From assembly GCA_965204375.1 (NCBI GenBank), contig OZ241986.1, positions 2,976,001 through 3,040,000 on the forward strand: a stretch of 64,000 bases of DNA. Reading direction: 5' to 3'. The notes below the pieces were generated by a model. The model had not been told where the DNA came from. It saw only the letters and a program-made list of their open reading frames with translations, and made no database searches. Shown here in pieces: positions 49,317 through 59,480 of this stretch; positions within the stretch are counted from its first letter, which is position 1; each line of letters begins with the position of its first letter. A program made the translations under genes and the position numbers. This DNA comes from Candidatus Latescibacterota bacterium (GTDB taxonomy: Bacteria; Latescibacterota; UBA2968).

Positions 49317-50189
49317 ATGCTTATGTTGCAACTCATCCACGCGATGCGCCCGCGCGAATGGGTCAAAAATGTCTTTGTATTGGCCGCACTCGTTTTTACC
49401 AAACGCATTTTTGAACCCGGCGACCTCCTGCAAGGCAGTCTGGCCTTTCTCTGTTTCTGCCTCATATCTGGCGCAGCGTATCTTTTCAACGACATCCGAG
49501 ACAAAGAAAACGACCACCAGCATCCTCTGAAACGCCACCGCCCGATCGCCTCGGGTGCTCTCCGTGTCTCTGTCGCCGCCATCGCCGCTGTCCTCCTTGC
49601 CCTGATCGCCCTGATCGGGGGATTTTATGTGCACCCCCATTTTGGTATCGTCCTCCTTATCTATGCAGTACTGAACATCGCCTATACGCTGTACCTCAAA
49701 TACATTGTCATCCTCGATGTCATGATCATTGCCTCGGGATTTCTTCTGCGCGCCATCGGCGGTGCAGTGGCGATTCAGGTCGCCATTTCATCCTGGTTCA
49801 TCCTCTGTACCATGCTACTGGCTCTTTTCCTCGGCTTTGCCAAGCGCCGGCATGAACTCGCCCTTCTCGAAGGAGATGCCAGTGCCCACCGCCGCATCCT
49901 CGCAGAATATTCCCCACAATTTCTCGACCAGATGATCGCCATCGTCACAGCCGGCGCACTGGTATCCTACGCACTTTACACCATGTCGCCCGAAGTCATT
50001 GAAAAACTCGGCACCAAATACCTCAACCTCACCATACCCTTTGTAGTTTACGGTATGCTGCGCTACCTCTATCTCATCTACAAAAAAGATGGAGGCGGCA
50101 ATCCCACCTCCACTGTATTAGGCGATTTCCCCCTCCTGATCGCCTGCGCCCTGTGGTTGCTAACTCTGGGTGTGATACTCTACGTCTAA
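49317..50189 (+). CDS. UbiA-family prenyltransferase (decaprenyl-phosphate phosphoribosyltransferase-like)
   Basis: RPREWVKN, YLFNDIRD, HPLKRHRPIASG, KRRHE. Confidence 0.9.
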   Translation: MLMLQLIHAMRPREWVKNVFVLAALVFTKRIFEPGDLLQGSLAFLCFCLISGAAYLFNDIRDKENDHQHPLKRHRPIASGALRVSVAAIAAVLLALIALIGGFYVHPHFGIVLLIYAVLNIAYTLYLKYIVILDVMIIASGFLLRAIGGAVAIQVAISSWFILCTMLLALFLGFAKRRHELALLEGDASAHRRILAEYSPQFLDQMIAIVTAGALVSYALYTMSPEVIEKLGTKYLNLTIPFVVYGMLRYLYLIYKKDGGGNPTSTVLGDFPLLIACALWLLTLGVILYV

Positions 50190-50195
50190 CCTCTC

Positions 50196-50228
50196 AGCCG
50201 GTTCGCCACTGAATCGGCTCTTATTTTT
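50196..50228 (+). terminator. Intrinsic terminator
   Basis: agccggttc-gccact-gaatcggct then cttattttt. Confidence 0.55.
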
Positions 50229-50318
50229 ACCCCTGCACGCGAGCATTGTGAAAAGACTTTGTATTTTGTATTTTGAACTCTCTGACAGTTTTTAATCCCT
50301 TCCACAAGGAGTTCCCGA

Positions 50319-51887
50319 ATGGCAGAGCAACCAAATATTTTGCTGATTATGAACGACGATATGGGCTATTCTGATATTGGATGTTACGGAGGCGAGATCC
50401 ACACGCCAAATTTAGATCGGCTTGCAGCCAATGGATTGCGATTCACCCAATTTTACAACACGGCGCGGTGCTGTCCCACGCGGGCATCGCTGCTCACGGG
50501 ATTGCATCCCCATCAAGCCAGTGTGGGACACATGATGGATGACCGGGAATACGAAGGGTATCGGGGCGATCTGAACTTTAAGAGCGTAACCATTGCCGAA
50601 GTACTCAAAACAGTGGGATATGCGACCTATATGAGTGGCAAATGGCATATCACGCGGCATACAGATGCGGATGGCCCCAAACACAGTTGGCCCTGTCAGC
50701 GCGGATTTGATCGCTTTTTTGGCATCATTACCGGTGCCGCCAATTTTTGGAAACCACAAACACTCACGCGAGACAACGAACAAATTACAGTGGATGAATT
50801 TCCAGAGGACTTCTTTTTAACCGATGCCATCAGCGACCAGGCGGCGGATTATATCCGCGAACACGCGCAGACAAACGGAGACCAGCCATTCTTTTTATAC
50901 ACCGCATACACCGCACCCCATTGGCCCTTACACGCACATGATGAAGATATTGCAAAATACAAAAATCGTTTTGCCTCGGGATGGGATCAACTGCGCGAAG
51001 AGCGTCTGGCGCGCATGCGCGAAATGGGCATATTGAAATCCGAATGGGGATTGAGCGACCGCGACCCTTCTCAAGTACCCTGGGAAGAAGCCGACCACAA
51101 GGCGTGGCAGCAACGGCGCATGGAAGTTTATGCCGCCCAGGTTGACCGCATGGATCAGGGCATTGGGCGCATCGTCCAATCCCTCGAAGAGACCGGGCAA
51201 CTGGACAACACCCTGATCGTATTTTTGGCCGACAACGGGGGATGTGCCGAAGAACTGGGAGGCGGCATGCGACGCAGCGCGATTGCCCCGGCCACCACGC
51301 GCGACGGTCGTCCAGTCCAACGCGGCAACGACCCAAACGTAATGCCGGGTGACGAAACGACATATCAGAGCTACGGCGTACCCTGGGCCAATGTATCCAA
51401 CACGCCATTTCGCCTGTACAAGCACTGGGTTCACGAAGGCGGCATTGCAACGCCCTTTATCGTACACTGGCCCGCTCGCGTAACGGATCACGGCGCATTG
51501 CGCGAACAACCCGGCCAACTTACCGATGTCATGGCAACCTGTCTCGATATAGCGGGAGCCGACTATCCCGAAACTTATAATGAGCACAATATCTTGCCGC
51601 TCGAAGGCACCTCATTAACCCCAATTTTTGACAACCGGGACAACGGCAAAGAATATCTAATCTGGGAACACGAAGGCAATGGCGCAATTCGCAAAGGCAA
51701 GTGGAAACTGGTCAAGCGTTACCCGGGCGATTGGGAGCTATACGACATTGAAGCCGACAGATCGGAACTCAACGATCTGGCAAATGACAATGCCGATGTC
51801 GTAGCCGAACTCGCGGCGATCTACGACACCTGGGCAGAGCGGTGCGGGATTGAACCCTGGGACAATATCCTCGCAAAGCGCGGGTAA
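50319..51887 (+). CDS. Arylsulfatase
   Basis: NDDMGYSD, CCPTRASLLTG, GKWH. Confidence 0.93.
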   Translation: MAEQPNILLIMNDDMGYSDIGCYGGEIHTPNLDRLAANGLRFTQFYNTARCCPTRASLLTGLHPHQASVGHMMDDREYEGYRGDLNFKSVTIAEVLKTVGYATYMSGKWHITRHTDADGPKHSWPCQRGFDRFFGIITGAANFWKPQTLTRDNEQITVDEFPEDFFLTDAISDQAADYIREHAQTNGDQPFFLYTAYTAPHWPLHAHDEDIAKYKNRFASGWDQLREERLARMREMGILKSEWGLSDRDPSQVPWEEADHKAWQQRRMEVYAAQVDRMDQGIGRIVQSLEETGQLDNTLIVFLADNGGCAEELGGGMRRSAIAPATTRDGRPVQRGNDPNVMPGDETTYQSYGVPWANVSNTPFRLYKHWVHEGGIATPFIVHWPARVTDHGALREQPGQLTDVMATCLDIAGADYPETYNEHNILPLEGTSLTPIFDNRDNGKEYLIWEHEGNGAIRKGKWKLVKRYPGDWELYDIEADRSELNDLANDNADVVAELAAIYDTWAERCGIEPWDNILAKRG

Positions 51888-51903
51888 TAAAAAGGAAAAA
51901 ATC

Positions 51904-52659
51904 ATGACACCAACGGATATCACAGATGAAATGCTGGCAACATACCGGCGCGATGGCGTCATAAAAATCCCGCAGATCATCTCGCCGGATGAAGTGGCAA
52001 AATTTCGTCAGGCATCCCTGGATATACTGGAAGCAATGCCAAAAGATCCAAACCGTCCATTTAATCAAAAAGTGAACGTATGGCGAGAAGACGAGGTATT
52101 GCGCAACTTGACGCAACACCCGAATGTCGCCGCAGTCGCAGAAAAAATTGCGGGCGTGCGATTGCGGATCTGGCACGATCACATTTTGGCAAAAATGCCA
52201 GAACTCGAAGTCCCCACAGCATTCCATCAAGACCTGGTGAAATGGCCCTATGATCGCAAGTCCAATGCCCTATCGGCGTGGGTCGCATTGCAAGATACAC
52301 CCGTAGAAATGGGATGCATGTCATTTGTACAGGGATCGCACCAAATGAAAAACGTACCGGACATGGCGACAAATAACCAGGAGGGGTGGCGGGAATTCGC
52401 ACCGGAAATCGCGTGGCGCACCAGAGTAACGCATCCGCTTCAAGCGGGGGATTGCACATTTCATCACGGAATGACATTTCACACCGCGGGACCGAATCAG
52501 ACAGATGATTGGCGGGTGGGATACGTGATTATCTTTGTCGATGCAGCAGCAAAATACACCGGCAAAAAACATGTAGTCACAGATCCCCTGAGACTGGTAC
52601 CCGATACATTGCCACCAGATGATCATTTTCCACCTGTAGCGAAATTTTATGGAGAATAA
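51904..52659 (+). CDS. PhyH-family Fe(II)/2-oxoglutarate dioxygenase
   Basis: FHQD, WVALQD, GCMSFVQGSH, HTAGPN, R. Confidence 0.9.
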   Translation: MTPTDITDEMLATYRRDGVIKIPQIISPDEVAKFRQASLDILEAMPKDPNRPFNQKVNVWREDEVLRNLTQHPNVAAVAEKIAGVRLRIWHDHILAKMPELEVPTAFHQDLVKWPYDRKSNALSAWVALQDTPVEMGCMSFVQGSHQMKNVPDMATNNQEGWREFAPEIAWRTRVTHPLQAGDCTFHHGMTFHTAGPNQTDDWRVGYVIIFVDAAAKYTGKKHVVTDPLRLVPDTLPPDDHFPPVAKFYGE

Positions 52660-52662
52660 AAA

Positions 52663-54087
52663 ATGAGCACCCCCAATATAATTTTAATGATGTGTGACGA
52701 CCTGGGATATGGCGATGTGGGATTTAACGGGAATGAAGTGATCAAAACGCCGAATTTGGACCGGCTGGCGAACAATGGAATCCGATTCACGCGGTTTTAT
52801 GCGGGAGGACCAGTGTGTTCCCCAACGCGGGGAACATGTTTGACCGGGCGGCATTATTTTCGATATGGCGTAACACATGCCAATCGCGGACACTTACCCA
52901 CACAGGAGATAACACTCGCTCGAATGCTAAAATCCTTCGGCTATGCGACCGGACACTTTGGCAAATGGCATCTGGGAACACTGGACCCGAATTATTCGGG
53001 CAAACCCAATCGCGATCCAGCGCGCAACTACGCCCCGCCCTGGGAGCGAGATTACGATGCATCTTTTGCCACAGAGTACGCGGTTCCCACCTGGGATCCA
53101 GCAGTAGATATTAACCAGAGGACCGGAAAGCGTTTGGACCGCCCCTGGGCCTCTCCGTACTACGAAAATGGCGTACTGGCAACGGAAAATCTGGAAGGAT
53201 GCGATTCCCGGGTATTGATGGATCGCGCAATTCCATTTATCGAACAAGCTGTTGAAAATGGCGAGCAATTCCTTACGACAATCTGGTTTCACGCGCCGCA
53301 TAGCCCGGTCGTTGCCGGACCGGAATATCGCGCCATGTACGCCGAATATAGCGAAGATGAACAACACTATTACGGCTGTATCACCGCCATAGACGATCAG
53401 GTAGGGCGATTGTATCACGCATTAGAAGCATGGGGCGTAGCCGACAACACCATGATCTGGTTCTGTTCGGACAACGGGCCAGAAGGCCGCACGGGTCGGA
53501 GTGGCCGCAGCCGGGGATCAACAGGCGGCTTGCGCGGACGAAAACGATCTCTATTTGACGGCGGTGTAGGCGTACCCGCGCTATTGCACTGGCCGGGTCA
53601 TGCAGGACCCGGGCGCGTCGTAGAAATGCCGTGCAGCACACTGGATTACTTCCCCACAATCGCCGAGGTCATGGGATATGAAATACCCGATGCCCGACCA
53701 ATTGACGGCATCAGCCTGATACCGACGATTGAGGGAAACACGACAGAACGCCCCATCACCATTCCATATCGATTCAACAGTCCCAAAAACGCAATGTTTG
53801 GTGCCCCGACCATCTCAATGATCGACAACCGTTATAAATGCTTGACCAACCTGTCGAACAATGGCAGCGAAGATCTGTGTTTTGACATGATTGAAGACCG
53901 TGCAGAAACGACCAATTTGGCGAATGAGCAACGCGAGCGAATGGGACAAACCCGCGAAACCCTGCGCCAATGGCTCCGCTCCTGCGAAGCCAGCCACAAT
54001 GGTGGGGATTACGATGAGGCATTTGAACCGGTCGCGCCATTTGAAGAAGTCACCGGAGACTGGCCCGGAAGAAGAAATAGAAATTAG
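52663..54087 (+). CDS. Sulfatase
   Basis: CDDLGYGD, CSPTRGTCLTG, GKWHLG, SDNG. Confidence 0.93.
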   Translation: MSTPNIILMMCDDLGYGDVGFNGNEVIKTPNLDRLANNGIRFTRFYAGGPVCSPTRGTCLTGRHYFRYGVTHANRGHLPTQEITLARMLKSFGYATGHFGKWHLGTLDPNYSGKPNRDPARNYAPPWERDYDASFATEYAVPTWDPAVDINQRTGKRLDRPWASPYYENGVLATENLEGCDSRVLMDRAIPFIEQAVENGEQFLTTIWFHAPHSPVVAGPEYRAMYAEYSEDEQHYYGCITAIDDQVGRLYHALEAWGVADNTMIWFCSDNGPEGRTGRSGRSRGSTGGLRGRKRSLFDGGVGVPALLHWPGHAGPGRVVEMPCSTLDYFPTIAEVMGYEIPDARPIDGISLIPTIEGNTTERPITIPYRFNSPKNAMFGAPTISMIDNRYKCLTNLSNNGSEDLCFDMIEDRAETTNLANEQRERMGQTRETLRQWLRSCEASHNGGDYDEAFEPVAPFEEVTGDWPGRRNRN

Positions 54088-54096
54088 AGGTACCGA

Positions 54097-55341
54097 ATGG
54101 CAACTCAATTTGGCGATGAACGCGACTGGTTTTTGGAAAAGCGATTTGGTATGTTCGTCCATTGGGGAATTTACGCAATCCCCGGATGGCACGAGCAGCA
54201 CCAGTGGCGCGGACGTATGCCCGCAAATGAATACGTGAAATTAGCCGAGCAATGGAATCCCACAAACTTCAATCCCGACGCGTGGTTAGACCTCGCAGAA
54301 GAAGCCGGGATGCAATACATCATCGTCACAACCAAACACCACGATGGATTCTGCTTGTGGGACACATCACACACGGCATTCAACACAATGAATACGCCGT
54401 ACGGCAAAGACCTGATGGCAATGCTCGCCGATGCGTGTCACAAACGCGATTTCCCCCTGGGCTTCTATTATTCAATTGCCGACTGGCACCACCCCAATTA
54501 CCCCAATCAGGGACGACATCACGAATTGCCCCAACCCAAGCCGGGAGATGATCCCGACTTGATGAAATACCTGGAATTTCTGAAGGCACAGGTATGGGAA
54601 TTGTGTACCCATTACGGAAAACTACACGCATTCTGGTGGGACATGAATGTAGATGAACACTTCGATCCATCCATCAACGCAATGATTCGGTCGCTACAAC
54701 CCGCAGCAGTAATCAACAATCGGGGATTTGATCCCGGTGATTTTGGAACGCCCGAGCGCGATCATGTGCAAGGCATAGATACCCAGCAGTCATTTGAACG
54801 GCTGACCGAAGCGTGTCAATCCGTCGGCATCGAAAGCTGGGGCTATCGGAGAGATGAGGACTATTATACAGACCGCCATTTGATACGAAGCATCGATCGG
54901 TATCTCGCGCGCGACGCAAACTACTTGCTCAACGTAGGCCCCAAACCCGACGGCACAATTCCAGACGCATCCAGACGCATCTTAAAACGCATCGGAAAAT
55001 GGTATCGCGCAGTAGAAGAAGCGGTCAAAGACGTAGAACCCGCGTCGCACCTGACGCGCAATCGCGATATACTATTGACGCGCCGGGACAATGTGATCTA
55101 CGTACATCTGGTAAACGATCCGAGAACAAGCGGGGTAAAACTCGATCCAATTGCAATCGCGCCAAAGAAAGTGACCCTGCTAAACACAGGTGAACCTGTG
55201 GATTTTACGGTGGATCTGGTACCGACCAATCACATAGAGCACAAACCCTATTTGCGATTACAGAACTTGCCAGTGAATAAACTGATCAACACGGTAATAG
55301 TAGTCAAACTCGAATTTGACGAAGTGCCTGATATGTATTAA
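54097..55341 (+). CDS. Alpha-L-fucosidase (GH29)
   Basis: RFGMFVHWGIY, TTKHHDGFCLW, WWD nucleophile, YLLNVGP. Confidence 0.92.
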   Translation: MATQFGDERDWFLEKRFGMFVHWGIYAIPGWHEQHQWRGRMPANEYVKLAEQWNPTNFNPDAWLDLAEEAGMQYIIVTTKHHDGFCLWDTSHTAFNTMNTPYGKDLMAMLADACHKRDFPLGFYYSIADWHHPNYPNQGRHHELPQPKPGDDPDLMKYLEFLKAQVWELCTHYGKLHAFWWDMNVDEHFDPSINAMIRSLQPAAVINNRGFDPGDFGTPERDHVQGIDTQQSFERLTEACQSVGIESWGYRRDEDYYTDRHLIRSIDRYLARDANYLLNVGPKPDGTIPDASRRILKRIGKWYRAVEEAVKDVEPASHLTRNRDILLTRRDNVIYVHLVNDPRTSGVKLDPIAIAPKKVTLLNTGEPVDFTVDLVPTNHIEHKPYLRLQNLPVNKLINTVIVVKLEFDEVPDMY

Positions 55342-55346
55342 AACAG

Positions 55347-56369
55347 CTACTCATTCATTGTCTCCAATAGTCGGGCTATTTCCTGTGGCGACGGCAACTG
55401 TCCTTCGAGTTCTTTTGGCAACTGCCTGCTGACATGGTAGGTCGCCACACCAATGGGCTTTCGGGCATCGTGCAGGGCGTATTCGACTACGGTGCGGTTC
55501 TTTTCCTTACACAGGATAATACCGATGGATGAACCTTCACCCTCTTCGCGCACCTGTCGGTCAAGAGCAGTCAAGTAAAACTGCATTTTCCCAACAAACT
55601 CCGGTCGAAATTTTCCGACCTTCAACTCAATCGCTACCAAGCAACGCAGACGACGGTGGAACAACAGCAAGTCAATAAAGAACTCCTCATCACCTACCTC
55701 CAACCGAAACTGGCTTCCCATAAAGGCAAACATCCCTCCCATCGCACGCAGAAAGTCCTCAACACGGGCAATGAGAGCCGTTTCCAGTTCTCTTTCGCTG
55801 TGTTCATCGCCCAATTCGAGAAAGTCAAAAGTATATTCGTCTCGCACCGCCAGTTCAGCCTGTGCGCGGAGTTTTGGCGTCAGGACCTGATCAAAGTTAG
55901 TCTGTCCCAACAAGGACTTTTCATAACTCTGGTTCTCAATTTGATGTATAAGAACATTCTTCGTCCAGCCGAATTTACGGGTCATGCGGATATAAAATTC
56001 CCGTTCCAGCGGGTCCTTGCAGCGTTGAAGGATGAGCAGGTTGTGCGTCCAACCTATTTGTGCAACCAACGGTTGCACTTTTGGCAAATCGCGGTAAAGC
56101 AGGTAAAACTCCCGCATATAGAACACGTTGCGCCGTGAGAATCCACTGACGCCGGGAAATTCGACGCGAAGGTCGTGAGCCAACTGTTCGACAATGGCGT
56201 CTCCATAGGCACCGTCAGCTTGCCGTTCTGCGATCATCCGGCCTATGTCCCAATATAAACCGACCAATTCCTTATTCACTGCTTTGAGTGCCGCATATCG
56301 GGCAGCACGGACGCGCTCCTTCACTTCCGCAAGGAGACCCGCGTAATCTGATGGCATATTCCTACTCAT
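55347..56369 (-). CDS. YhcG/DUF1016 PD-(D/E)XK nuclease family protein
   Basis: YWDIG, GFSRRN, IDLLLFHRRLRCLVAIELK, GKMQFY, IGIILC. Confidence 0.92.
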   Translation of the reverse strand: MSRNMPSDYAGLLAEVKERVRAARYAALKAVNKELVGLYWDIGRMIAERQADGAYGDAIVEQLAHDLRVEFPGVSGFSRRNVFYMREFYLLYRDLPKVQPLVAQIGWTHNLLILQRCKDPLEREFYIRMTRKFGWTKNVLIHQIENQSYEKSLLGQTNFDQVLTPKLRAQAELAVRDEYTFDFLELGDEHSERELETALIARVEDFLRAMGGMFAFMGSQFRLEVGDEEFFIDLLLFHRRLRCLVAIELKVGKFRPEFVGKMQFYLTALDRQVREEGEGSSIGIILCKEKNRTVVEYALHDARKPIGVATYHVSRQLPKELEGQLPSPQEIARLLETMNE

Positions 56370-56396
56370 TGGGCACTCTCCTCTGTATATCAACTT

Positions 56397-56597
56397 CTAT
56401 GAATGGCTTGTAACATCCGGCGGTAGTACCAGAAGTTCCGAAGTGTCATCGACATTTAATTTTTCTTGCTGAAACACGCCTACAACTATTAGATTACTGC
56501 TGCCCAGATATCCAATGGTCAACTTTGGGCTATGATCGAGAAAAATATAACTTTTTGCGTGAAGAGGGTGACGTAAATACAACTTGATGATCATCAT
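56397..56597 (-). pseudogene. Fragment of a PLD-domain (restriction/helicase-associated) gene
   Basis: LRHPLHAKSYIF...GYLGSSNL HKD-like nuclease motif in a 66-aa fragment. Confidence 0.6.
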
Positions 56598-56637
56598 TTT
56601 TCTTAACTTCTGTTAAAAAATATAAAACAATTTTGTA

Positions 56638-56710
56638 AAATAGAAATTGTGAAAGGTACCGAATGCCAATTCGATTTGGCGATGAACGCGATTGGTTTTA
56701 AAAAAAAGCG
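56638..56710 (+). repeat. Degenerate copy of the GH29 gene 5' end (54075-54143)
   Basis: aggtaccgaatg.caa.tc.atttggcgatgaacgcga.tggtttt shared; this copy reads MPIRFGDERDWF*. Confidence 0.85.
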
Positions 56711-56724
56711 TGATGGAGTGAAAC

Positions 56725-57681
56725 ATGATGACTATTGGATCAATAGTTCTAGATAAAGCCTTTGAAAAGGCGAGGAGTTCGGTCAGCGAGTCTGTCCGAA
56801 CTCTCCTGGAACACAAGCACCTCTACCAGAGTGTTGAGGTAGACATATCCGTTGACCGTGAAGAGGTCAAAAATTTAGTAGATATGGGTGACGAGTATGC
56901 TACTGAGGATCTCCTCTTTGTCGTTCCGATACATCTGTATGATGAACACATCGATGCCGGATTGGACCACAGCCGCGAGACCTTGGAAGCGGTACCATGG
57001 CGTTTTTGGATTGACCAGCCGGACCCAGGCGACATCAACGGTTCCTCACTGGAGTATAAGTCTCTCGACATTCAACTTCCAGATATCAAGGTTGTATGTG
57101 ACGTCTGCAAAGACACCGTTCAACCGCATAATCCTGTCCGGGTAAACGGACTGGAAGATGGGTTGGCCGCCGAATTGGGGCCCCAGAAACAGATCTTCCT
57201 CTTTTCATATCTGTGCCAGTCGTGCAAACGTGAAAGTGTGATTTACACCGTAAGAAGAGAAGGAAAGAAACTGACGATTGTGGGTAGAAGCCGATTCGAA
57301 TCTGTACCCATACCAGAGACGATCAAGAATCTACCGGAGGCTCGATTCTATCGAGATGCGGTAATTGCTTTCAATACAGGAAGAACCCTGGCATCTCTTT
57401 TTTATTTTCGGACCCTGATAGAGCAGTACTTCCGACGTGTTCTCGCAGTGGATAAGGACGAGAAAATTCGTGGAGAGGATCTTGCGAGAGACTACCGGAA
57501 GCTACTGGATAAAGAATTCCCCATGAAATTTGACACTCTGGGAAACACCTATGACTCCTTGAGCGATGCCTTGCACGCAGCATGTGATGATGAGGCACTA
57601 TACATCAGCGCAAGAGACGACATCGAAAAACATTTTAAAGCCCTTGCTCTTCTCCCCATTTCACAGGCGAATAGAGCGTGA
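56725..57681 (+). CDS. Hypothetical protein with CxxC..CxxC and helical C-terminus (DUF4145/HEPN-like?)
   Basis: CDVC, CQSC; ASLFYFRTLIEQY; LSDALH. Confidence 0.6.
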   Translation: MMTIGSIVLDKAFEKARSSVSESVRTLLEHKHLYQSVEVDISVDREEVKNLVDMGDEYATEDLLFVVPIHLYDEHIDAGLDHSRETLEAVPWRFWIDQPDPGDINGSSLEYKSLDIQLPDIKVVCDVCKDTVQPHNPVRVNGLEDGLAAELGPQKQIFLFSYLCQSCKRESVIYTVRREGKKLTIVGRSRFESVPIPETIKNLPEARFYRDAVIAFNTGRTLASLFYFRTLIEQYFRRVLAVDKDEKIRGEDLARDYRKLLDKEFPMKFDTLGNTYDSLSDALHAACDDEALYISARDDIEKHFKALALLPISQANRA

Positions 57682-57708
57682 GTGGATATCTCATCTTCGG
57701 AGAGAATC

Positions 57709-58434
57709 ATGCTTGGAGAAATCCAAAATAAAAACGGTGAAAAACTGGATTATACTTTTCACTGTGGAAATGCCGAAAGCAAACACATCGTCGTCCTCGG
57801 CCATGGCGTAACCGGCAACAAAGACAGGCCATTTTTGGTCGCGCTATCACATGCATTGGAAGCCGACGGATTCAACGTCCTCCGTTTCTCTTTTGCTGGC
57901 AATGGAGACTCAGAAGGTCGGTTTGAAGATTCCACCATAACAAAAGAGGTAGAAGATCTGGGTTCAGTCCTGGATGCCTTAAACGGATATACAATCTGTT
58001 ATGCCGGACACAGTATGGGAGGTGCCGTAGGCGTATTGCGGGCGAGCACAGATGCGCGCATTCAACAACTCATCTCTCTCGCCGGCATGGTAGATACAAA
58101 GGGATTTGCACAGCGCGAATTTGGAGATGTCACCCCCGACAAAGGCAACATGTGGGACGACCCGGATTGCCCGCTATCCAGCGCGTATATGGATGACCTG
58201 ACCGCGATTGACACCGTCATAGATCGCGCATCTCAAATCTCGATCCCCTATTTGCTCGTACACGGCACAGAGGACGATGTGGTACCCATTGAAGACTCTC
58301 AGGCAATCTTTGAACAAGCCAACGAACCGAAAGAACTGGTCGTCCTGAACGGAGCAGATCACGTATTCAGCGATGACGCAACCCCCACCATGATACAGGC
58401 CGTTATCAATTGGATTGCAAAACAGGAGTCCTGA
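57709..58434 (+). CDS. Alpha/beta hydrolase
   Basis: GHSMGG, HGTEDDVVP, GADH. Confidence 0.9.
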   Translation: MLGEIQNKNGEKLDYTFHCGNAESKHIVVLGHGVTGNKDRPFLVALSHALEADGFNVLRFSFAGNGDSEGRFEDSTITKEVEDLGSVLDALNGYTICYAGHSMGGAVGVLRASTDARIQQLISLAGMVDTKGFAQREFGDVTPDKGNMWDDPDCPLSSAYMDDLTAIDTVIDRASQISIPYLLVHGTEDDVVPIEDSQAIFEQANEPKELVVLNGADHVFSDDATPTMIQAVINWIAKQES

Positions 58435-59471
58435 TGCCTTATAGAACATACCGAGCCGCGGTAATTGGTCTGGGGATGATCGGCGGTGCTGATCAGGTCT
58501 CAGGAGATGTATTGGGCCAACGCGTAGATGACATGGACGGTACGCATACTTTTGCGTATCAGAACCATCCACGTATCGACCTTGTTGCCGGCTCAAGTCG
58601 CGACCTGGGACGGCGCGAACGCTTTGAAGCGCGCACGGGTGCTGTGACATATGAGAGTTGGCGTGAGATGATCGCCAGCGAAACACTCGATATTGTCAGC
58701 ATAGCGACCTATGCCCCTTTCCACGCGGAAATAGCCATAGCCTGTGCCGAACACGGAATCCCCGTCATCTATTGCGAAAAACCTGCGGCAACCACGGTGG
58801 TAGATGCCCAGCACATGCTCGAAGTGCAAAAACACGGCTTATTGGTCTTTAACCATCAGCGCAGATTTGATCCCAATTACCGCCGACTCAGCGCGCTAAT
58901 TGCCGAAGGAAAACTGGGCACACTCATCTCCGCCTCTCTCCAATGGCCGACGGGACGGTTGGGCAATGTGGGAACCCATGCAATTGACGCCCTCTTGATG
59001 CTCACCGGGCATCGCATCCAATCAGTCTCTGCGACACTTGACCTATCGGGAAGGCCAGATTGCCGCGGCGAGGCATTTCGCGATCCCGGAGGATGGGGTG
59101 TCATGCGTATGGATGGCGAACTAATGGTGACAGTGAGCGCACCCGACTATTCCACGGCACCGCCGCGAACGGAGATCAACGGACATAAAGGACGAGCAAT
59201 TATAGAGGCAAAAGGCATAACACTTGAATACTGGACTGGCGAAACAGAACATTGGCCGCCCCATAAGGATAGCGTTTCCGGGATGGATCGCGCCGTATCG
59301 GAAATCGTTGCCTATCTGGATGATCGCGTCCCATTCTCTTATAACCCCGAAGAAGCTGTCCATACACTCGAAGCCATTGTCGCTTTCCACGCCTCTCACA
59401 AACAAAACGCAGCCTATGTTGATCTCCCCCTATCAGGCAGCGACCGAGAAATTGTCGTGCTAAGCGGATGA
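58434..59471 (+). CDS. Gfo/Idh/MocA oxidoreductase
   Basis: VIGLGMIG, CEKP, GTHAID. Confidence 0.88.
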   Translation: MPYRTYRAAVIGLGMIGGADQVSGDVLGQRVDDMDGTHTFAYQNHPRIDLVAGSSRDLGRRERFEARTGAVTYESWREMIASETLDIVSIATYAPFHAEIAIACAEHGIPVIYCEKPAATTVVDAQHMLEVQKHGLLVFNHQRRFDPNYRRLSALIAEGKLGTLISASLQWPTGRLGNVGTHAIDALLMLTGHRIQSVSATLDLSGRPDCRGEAFRDPGGWGVMRMDGELMVTVSAPDYSTAPPRTEINGHKGRAIIEAKGITLEYWTGETEHWPPHKDSVSGMDRAVSEIVAYLDDRVPFSYNPEEAVHTLEAIVAFHASHKQNAAYVDLPLSGSDREIVVLSG

Positions 59472-59480
59472 AAGGAATCT

